DNA of 64,000 bases, from the NCBI GenBank assembly GCA_013265495.1, contig MU057889.1, positions 1 through 64,000 of the forward strand, written 5' to 3'. Both the position numbers and the translations under genes were made by a program. The notes under the pieces are model-generated. The model was given only the letters and a program-made list of their open reading frames with translations, had not been told where the DNA came from and did no database searches. Source of the stretch: Vicugna vicugna (lineage: Eukaryota). Within the stretch, counting starts at the first letter, position 1. Every line of letters starts with the position of its first letter. Shown one piece after another: positions 61,917 to 64,000 of the stretch.

Positions 61917-63399
61917 ACTGAGGGAGCCAAGTTATGTAAGAACTGGCTCTTTTCACAGCTGTAACATGGAAGGCTAGAGTCTGATTATATCACCCAAGGA
62001 TTTGGGGAATTCAATCGAGTTAATGAAGTTTCACCATGTAAAAAGGTTTGCCATATTAAAGGGCACTACTAGAAGGATGGTGTGAATAAAGATTCTCCAA
62101 CTAAGGCTACTCTCTTTTTAAAATAAGCCTACGGAAATAAACACATGCTTAGAATTTGGTAAAGTGCAGGTCAGACACAAAGAGCTTTTAATGGTAGTAT
62201 TGCCTCCTTTCTTGGAAATGAAACACACCTGCATCTGTTTTGTCATGTTTTGGCAAACAGGAGCAAAGTGGAGCATTTCTCCCCAAATCTTCAAGATGTA
62301 TGCTACAAGCAACCCATAGTTGTCGTCATTTTTTCATCTCACTATTTCTTTTTAAGTAGAATTTTCTGTTCTGGATGCTACATTGCAGCCAGCGGAGAAC
62401 TCCCTTTCCAGAGTGGTGTCAGGAGATCTGCAGACCCGACCCCACCCCACCCAATGAAACCACTATAACTGGGAAAATAGATTTTTTTTAATGATCATTT
62501 TAACTCTCTAGAAATTGTCCTAAGGGCATACAGTAAATCAAGGAATATTTCCCCAAGAAAATCTCAGCAAGGACAGTGAGGATCTGCAGCACCTGAACCA
62601 CGACTTGCTCTCTTCCTCCCTCTCCCTCCCAGCTCAGCAGGAAAGAAACTCCGCTCTGGGTTGGTATGGCTGAGGAAATGGGGTACTCTTTCCCCTCTCC
62701 TCCCACTTAAGGGATGTGGCATCTCGCTGGGAGGTTTAGACCATTAGCATTCCTCAAGCACCCCAGCTCCAAGTTGCAGAGGCAAAATTCCTGCAGATGT
62801 GGCCAGGACAGGTGGGTCCCTTCCCCCACCCAGCCCCCACCCAGAAAGCAGAGCCTCTAACCCTGGTATGGCAGGCTGATAATGCTGAGTCCCAATTACC
62901 CCAGCTCACTTTATGGCAGGGATTCCATCCCAAGAAATGCAAGACAAGAAGGCCAAAGGCTACTGCCCCTGGGCAGTAACTTGCTTGGATGTAGCTCGGC
63001 TAAGTAGGCCCCTGCCCCTCCATAAGCTCTTGGGAAATGGCTTAGAGATTTTGCCAAGGGAGAGGGGCAGTCCATAAGGATGGAAGAATCTGAAGTTCTC
63101 CCCAAAGGAGCGAACTTTATTCTAAACAGAGTGTGGGGGCGCTCATGAATAAGGGCGCCATCATAAACAACAGAGGGTAGTAAGCAGTTAAAAAGGAGGA
63201 GCTTATCTCCCTGCGAGCAACACGTTAAACTGTAGGTTAGCTAGTTTACCAGAGACAACTGGAGAAAGACTCATCTAAGAAAAATCCTACTGGGGGCAGA
63301 ACAAATATGAAAGCCTGGCCGGAAAAATGACCTTTGCAAAGGGGCCTGAAATTAATCGCATCAGATTATGAAGCTTTTCACATCTCAGGGCATTGCTCA

Positions 63400-63820
63400 C
63401 AGAGCCATCAGCCAGTTATGCATGGAGCGCACAGCTTGGTGTGATACCAACGGAGGCTGACAGGTTAACAGAGCATCAGGGAGACAGATGTTCCCAAAGA
63501 GCCTTGGTCATCCACTCTCATCTCAGGGTGACTGTGCCCCTGCACACGCCTGTGCCCTCCGAGGGATGACATCAGAGGTGTCACGCTGCAGGGGAAATAG
63601 ATGTCACTAAAATAGTCCAGCCAAGTCACTAAACAAACAAAATGACAAGAAGCCCTGGGAGGTAACATGAAAGAGCAGGAATCAGTATCCAGAGTTGCTA
63701 TAATAATTTACCTAGAATGTTCAGGTTTCAACCCAAAATTACGAGACATGCAAAGAAACAGGAAAGTATGACCCATACACAGGAAGGGGGAAAAAACAGC
63801 CAGTAAAAACTGCCTGTGAT
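63400..63820 (+). mobile_element. Old L1 5' region / ORF1 start remnant
   Basis: ccagagttgctataata..aaaattacgagacatgcaaagaaacaggaaagtatgacccatacacagg resembles L1M 5' ends. Confidence 0.55.
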
Positions 63821-64000
63821 TGAGGGGTGGAAGGAGTCAAGAGGGAGATGTGAAAGACTAGAAAACTGAGGTGGCTCCTGAGTGGTTCAGGCCTGTGCCT
63901 CTAGCTAAACTGATCTTGTGACTAACACGCTCCCCACCCTGTGCACTCTTTCCTTAGAATAACTTATCCTTTTACCCTAGAGGTCTTGAAAGAAGATCAC

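Overview
Mammalian genomic DNA, probably camelid: it has a Vic-1-like tRNA-derived SINE and cetartiodactyl-type L1s, and I saw no Alu or Bov-A/B. The window covers part of the PATE / secreted Ly6-uPAR (three-finger) gene cluster. I could build six intact spliced genes by hand, each with a signal peptide, phase-1 GT-AG introns and a 10-Cys LU domain ending CC..CN. They are an unnamed PATE-like gene (+, 981-2189), PATE1 (-, 9835-12239), a second unnamed PATE-like gene (+, 19097-20614), two tandem paralogues (-, 32742-34095 and 40893-42549) and a SOLD1/PIP-1-like gene (-, 56691-61676). Three things stand out. (1) A CpG-rich PABPC1 retrocopy inside an L1 consists of the 5'TOP, 5'UTR, exon 1 and apparently unspliced intron 1, ending at AATAAA plus poly(A); it looks like a fossil of an intronically polyadenylated transcript and carries a nested TSD-flanked insertion. 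(2) The tandem PATE pair is a mosaic: promoter, signal exon and 3'UTR tracts are near-identical while the three-finger exons differ at about 40% of residues. (3) A 3'-truncated ATP1B3 retrocopy with a long open frame sits in intron 1 of the SOLD1-like gene. Much of the remainder is L1, LTR, DNA-transposon and MIR debris. Homology calls rest on recalled reference sequences, not on searches, and repeat boundaries are approximate.
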